In this document: piece after piece, positions 61,989 to 64,000 of the stretch
Numbering within the stretch: position 1 is the first letter of the stretch
How the letters are laid out: the number at the start of each line of letters is the position of its first letter
Assembly: GCA_963734535.1 (NCBI GenBank)
Contig: CAVTHS010000011.1
Span: forward strand, 96,001 to 160,000
Length of the DNA stretch: 64,000 bases
Direction of reading: 5' to 3'
DNA from: an uncultured Chloroflexia bacterium
GTDB lineage: Bacteria; Chloroflexota; Limnocylindria; Limnocylindrales; CSP1-4
Position numbers and translations under genes: made by a program
Notes under the pieces: generated by a model
The model's database searches: none
What the model saw: the letters and a program-made list of their open reading frames with translations, nothing else
Told to the model about the DNA's origin: nothing

Positions 61989-62992
61989 GCGTCGAACCTC
62001 CCGTGCACGAGCGTTGCCACCATCGCCGACACTGCCTCGATCTGGCCCGGCGAGACTCGACAGCATCCGCCGACGATCGTCGCTCCCGCCTTGATCCAGC
62101 GGCGCGCGACGGGCCCATCGACCCCGGGGCCGGCAGCTCCGACCCACGTCTTCGAGTCCGGGTCCCAGCCCTCCCCGCTGTTCGGGTAGACGATCAGCGG
62201 CTTCGCCGTCGCGCCCCGGGCGCGGGCGAGCAGCTCGTCAACGAACTCCGGCCCCGTGCAGTTCACCCCGACCGCGAGCACGCGCGACGACTGCTCGGCC
62301 AGCGCGAACGCCTCCTCCACGGGCGCGCCGCTCCGGAGCCGGGCGCCGTCGGCGCACGAGAAGCTCAGCCAGCCTCGCGCGCCCGGCGTTGTCTCGAGCA
62401 GCTCGACGAGCGCGATCCCCTCCTCGAGCTCCGGGATCGTCTCGCAGGCGAGCAGGTCGGCCTCCGTGTCGGTCAGGATCTCGAGCCGCTCGCGATGGAA
62501 GTCGCGGAGCTGGGCAACGCTGCGCCCGTAGCGGCCGGTGTATTCGCCGCCATTCGCCTGGAACGCGCCGTACGGCCCGATCGACGCCGCCACCAGGAGT
62601 GGGCTGACGTCGCGGTGGGGCCGCTCGGCCTGCCAGGCCGCCCGCGCCTCGGACGCCAGCGCCACGCTCCGGCGCAGGAGGCCGATCGCGCCCGCGTGGT
62701 CGATCCCGCGAGCGGCGAAGCCCTCGAACGTGGCCTGGTAGCTGGCGGTCGTCGCGACCGCGGCGCCCGCCCTGTAGAAGGCGAGATGGGCGCGCACGAT
62801 CTCGCCCGGGTTCTCCAGCAGCAGCCGGGCCGACCAGAGCGGGTCGGCCAGGCTGTTCCCCTGGGCCTCGAGCTGGGTCGCGAGTCCGCCGTCGAGGACC
62901 ACGATGCCGCGCAGCGCGAGGATCGGCGCGAACGGGTCGTCGGCGAGCGCGCCCGGGTCCGACGGCCCCTCGTTGGCGTGGACGCCGTGCAT
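61985..62992 (-). CDS. mmuM: Homocysteine S-methyltransferase
   Basis: LDGGLAT, TASYQ, SIGPYGA, GVNC, YPNSGE, GGCC. Confidence 0.93.
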   Translation of the reverse strand: MHGVHANEGPSDPGALADDPFAPILALRGIVVLDGGLATQLEAQGNSLADPLWSARLLLENPGEIVRAHLAFYRAGAAVATTASYQATFEGFAARGIDHAGAIGLLRRSVALASEARAAWQAERPHRDVSPLLVAASIGPYGAFQANGGEYTGRYGRSVAQLRDFHRERLEILTDTEADLLACETIPELEEGIALVELLETTPGARGWLSFSCADGARLRSGAPVEEAFALAEQSSRVLAVGVNCTGPEFVDELLARARGATAKPLIVYPNSGEGWDPDSKTWVGAAGPGVDGPVARRWIKAGATIVGGCCRVSPGQIEAVSAMVATLVHGRFDA

Positions 62993-63454
62993 TCAGCCGG
63001 CGCCGCCGATGTCCAGCTGGTAGGCCTCCCAGACGAGGTCCGCGCCGTGCTGCCGATGGCGGATCAGGCGGCCCATGAGCCGCTGGAGGTCGTCGCGCAG
63101 GGCGTTCAGATCGGTCGCCTCCGGGAACGGCGTATCGAAGCGTGCGATCGCGTCGCCGATCGCGCCCGTCAGCGGTGGGTGCTCCTCGCGGAGCCGGCGA
63201 GCCTTGCCCTGCACGTGGGGCGCGATCTCCTCCATCTCGTCGTACAGGCCGCCGGTGGCTTCGGTCTCGGCAACGTGCTCGGCGAACGCTTCGCGCAGGC
63301 CCAGGAGGCGTGCCGTCACGCCCAGGCGCCAGCGTTCGGGATCGTGAACGGAGGACGCGACCGCGTCCTCGAGGACCACGAGCGCGTCCCGCAGCTCGCG
63401 CCGCCGTCGCGCCGCCGCTTCAAGAGCCTGGGTTGCCTGGTTCTCCTGGTTCAC
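62993..63454 (-). CDS. Hemerythrin-like domain protein
   Basis: H...E, LREEH and RH...GADLVWEAY pattern in a helical protein. Confidence 0.7.
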   Translation of the reverse strand: MNQENQATQALEAAARRRRELRDALVVLEDAVASSVHDPERWRLGVTARLLGLREAFAEHVAETEATGGLYDEMEEIAPHVQGKARRLREEHPPLTGAIGDAIARFDTPFPEATDLNALRDDLQRLMGRLIRHRQHGADLVWEAYQLDIGGAG

Positions 63455-63502
63455 GGGATCGCCTCCGGGTGGCGGGCTGTCGCCCGCCCATGGTAGGCCC
63501 GG

Positions 63503-64000
63503 TCAGGGTTCCCGGCGAGGTCGGACTGCGATCGGCCCGATCACCTCGCGCCAGGCCCGCGTGAGGGCCCGGAACTCGGCGGCGGGAATCCGCTCGACCG
63601 CGACCACGGCGGCCGCGGTCTCGGCGGCGCACTCGGCTGCCAGGCGCCGCAGCGCGGCGTCGGGAAGCTCGACGAGCGCCGCCAGGGCGGCGTCCCGCGC
63701 CCCGGTCGCGGCCGCGAGGGCGACCACGTCGCGCTCGTTGGCGAATGCCCGGTCGCGGGCTCGTCGCGCCGCGGCCGGGGCCTTGCTGGCCCGCGGGTCG
63801 TAGTCCAGGGCGACACGCCGGGCCGCCTCCAGCCGTGCCGCCTCGTCGGGGTCCAGCGACCCGGCCCGAGCCACGATCCCGACGACGATCTCTGCGCGGG
63901 GCCCATAGGCGCCGGTCGCGCAGATCTCGACGACCCGCCGGCGCCGGCGCCGCCCATCGAGGAGGTGGAACGCGGCAAGGATCCCGAACCCGCCGAGGAG
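63503..64000 (-). CDS. Hypothetical membrane-anchored protein (5' part outside window)
   Basis: Frame is open to the window edge: LLGGFGILAAFHLLDGRRRRRR...; Ala-rich. Confidence 0.55.
   Translation of the reverse strand, partial: LLGGFGILAAFHLLDGRRRRRRVVEICATGAYGPRAEIVVGIVARAGSLDPDEAARLEAARRVALDYDPRASKAPAAARRARDRAFANERDVVALAAATGARDAALAALVELPDAALRRLAAECAAETAAAVVAVERIPAAEFRALTRAWREVIGPIAVRPRREP

Overview
Very GC-rich, gene-dense bacterial chromosome segment. The gene content (Ala/Ser/Pro-linker lipoproteins, AsnRS, F420-dependent nitroreductase, cyclase-STAND-TPR protein) suggests a monoderm such as Chloroflexota; this is inference. No rRNA, tRNA, CRISPR array or mobile element was recognised. 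Main blocks: (1) an L-arabinose locus (araA, YtfQRT/YjfF-type ABC transporter, LacI regulator, ribulokinase, araD) whose last permease carries an extra extracellular domain; (2) an EXLDI-regulated DrrAB-type exporter; (3) a urate/allantoin catabolic cluster without recognisable allantoate or ureidoglycolate enzymes; (4) asnS; (5) a minus-strand block of a sAC-like cyclase-STAND-TPR gene, a ~1650-aa secreted clan CD (C25-like) protease with a 12x SPSQW repeat and PxKF domain, split by six +1 frameshifts, and an eCIS-cargo-like helical protein; (6) an uncharacterised sugar catabolic locus (aldolase, FGGY kinase, isomerase, variant archaeal-type TIM, YjbQ, ABC transporter, DeoR); (7) an ECF sigma/anti-sigma pair and mixed housekeeping genes. 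All functional calls come from motifs recognised by eye; no searches were run.
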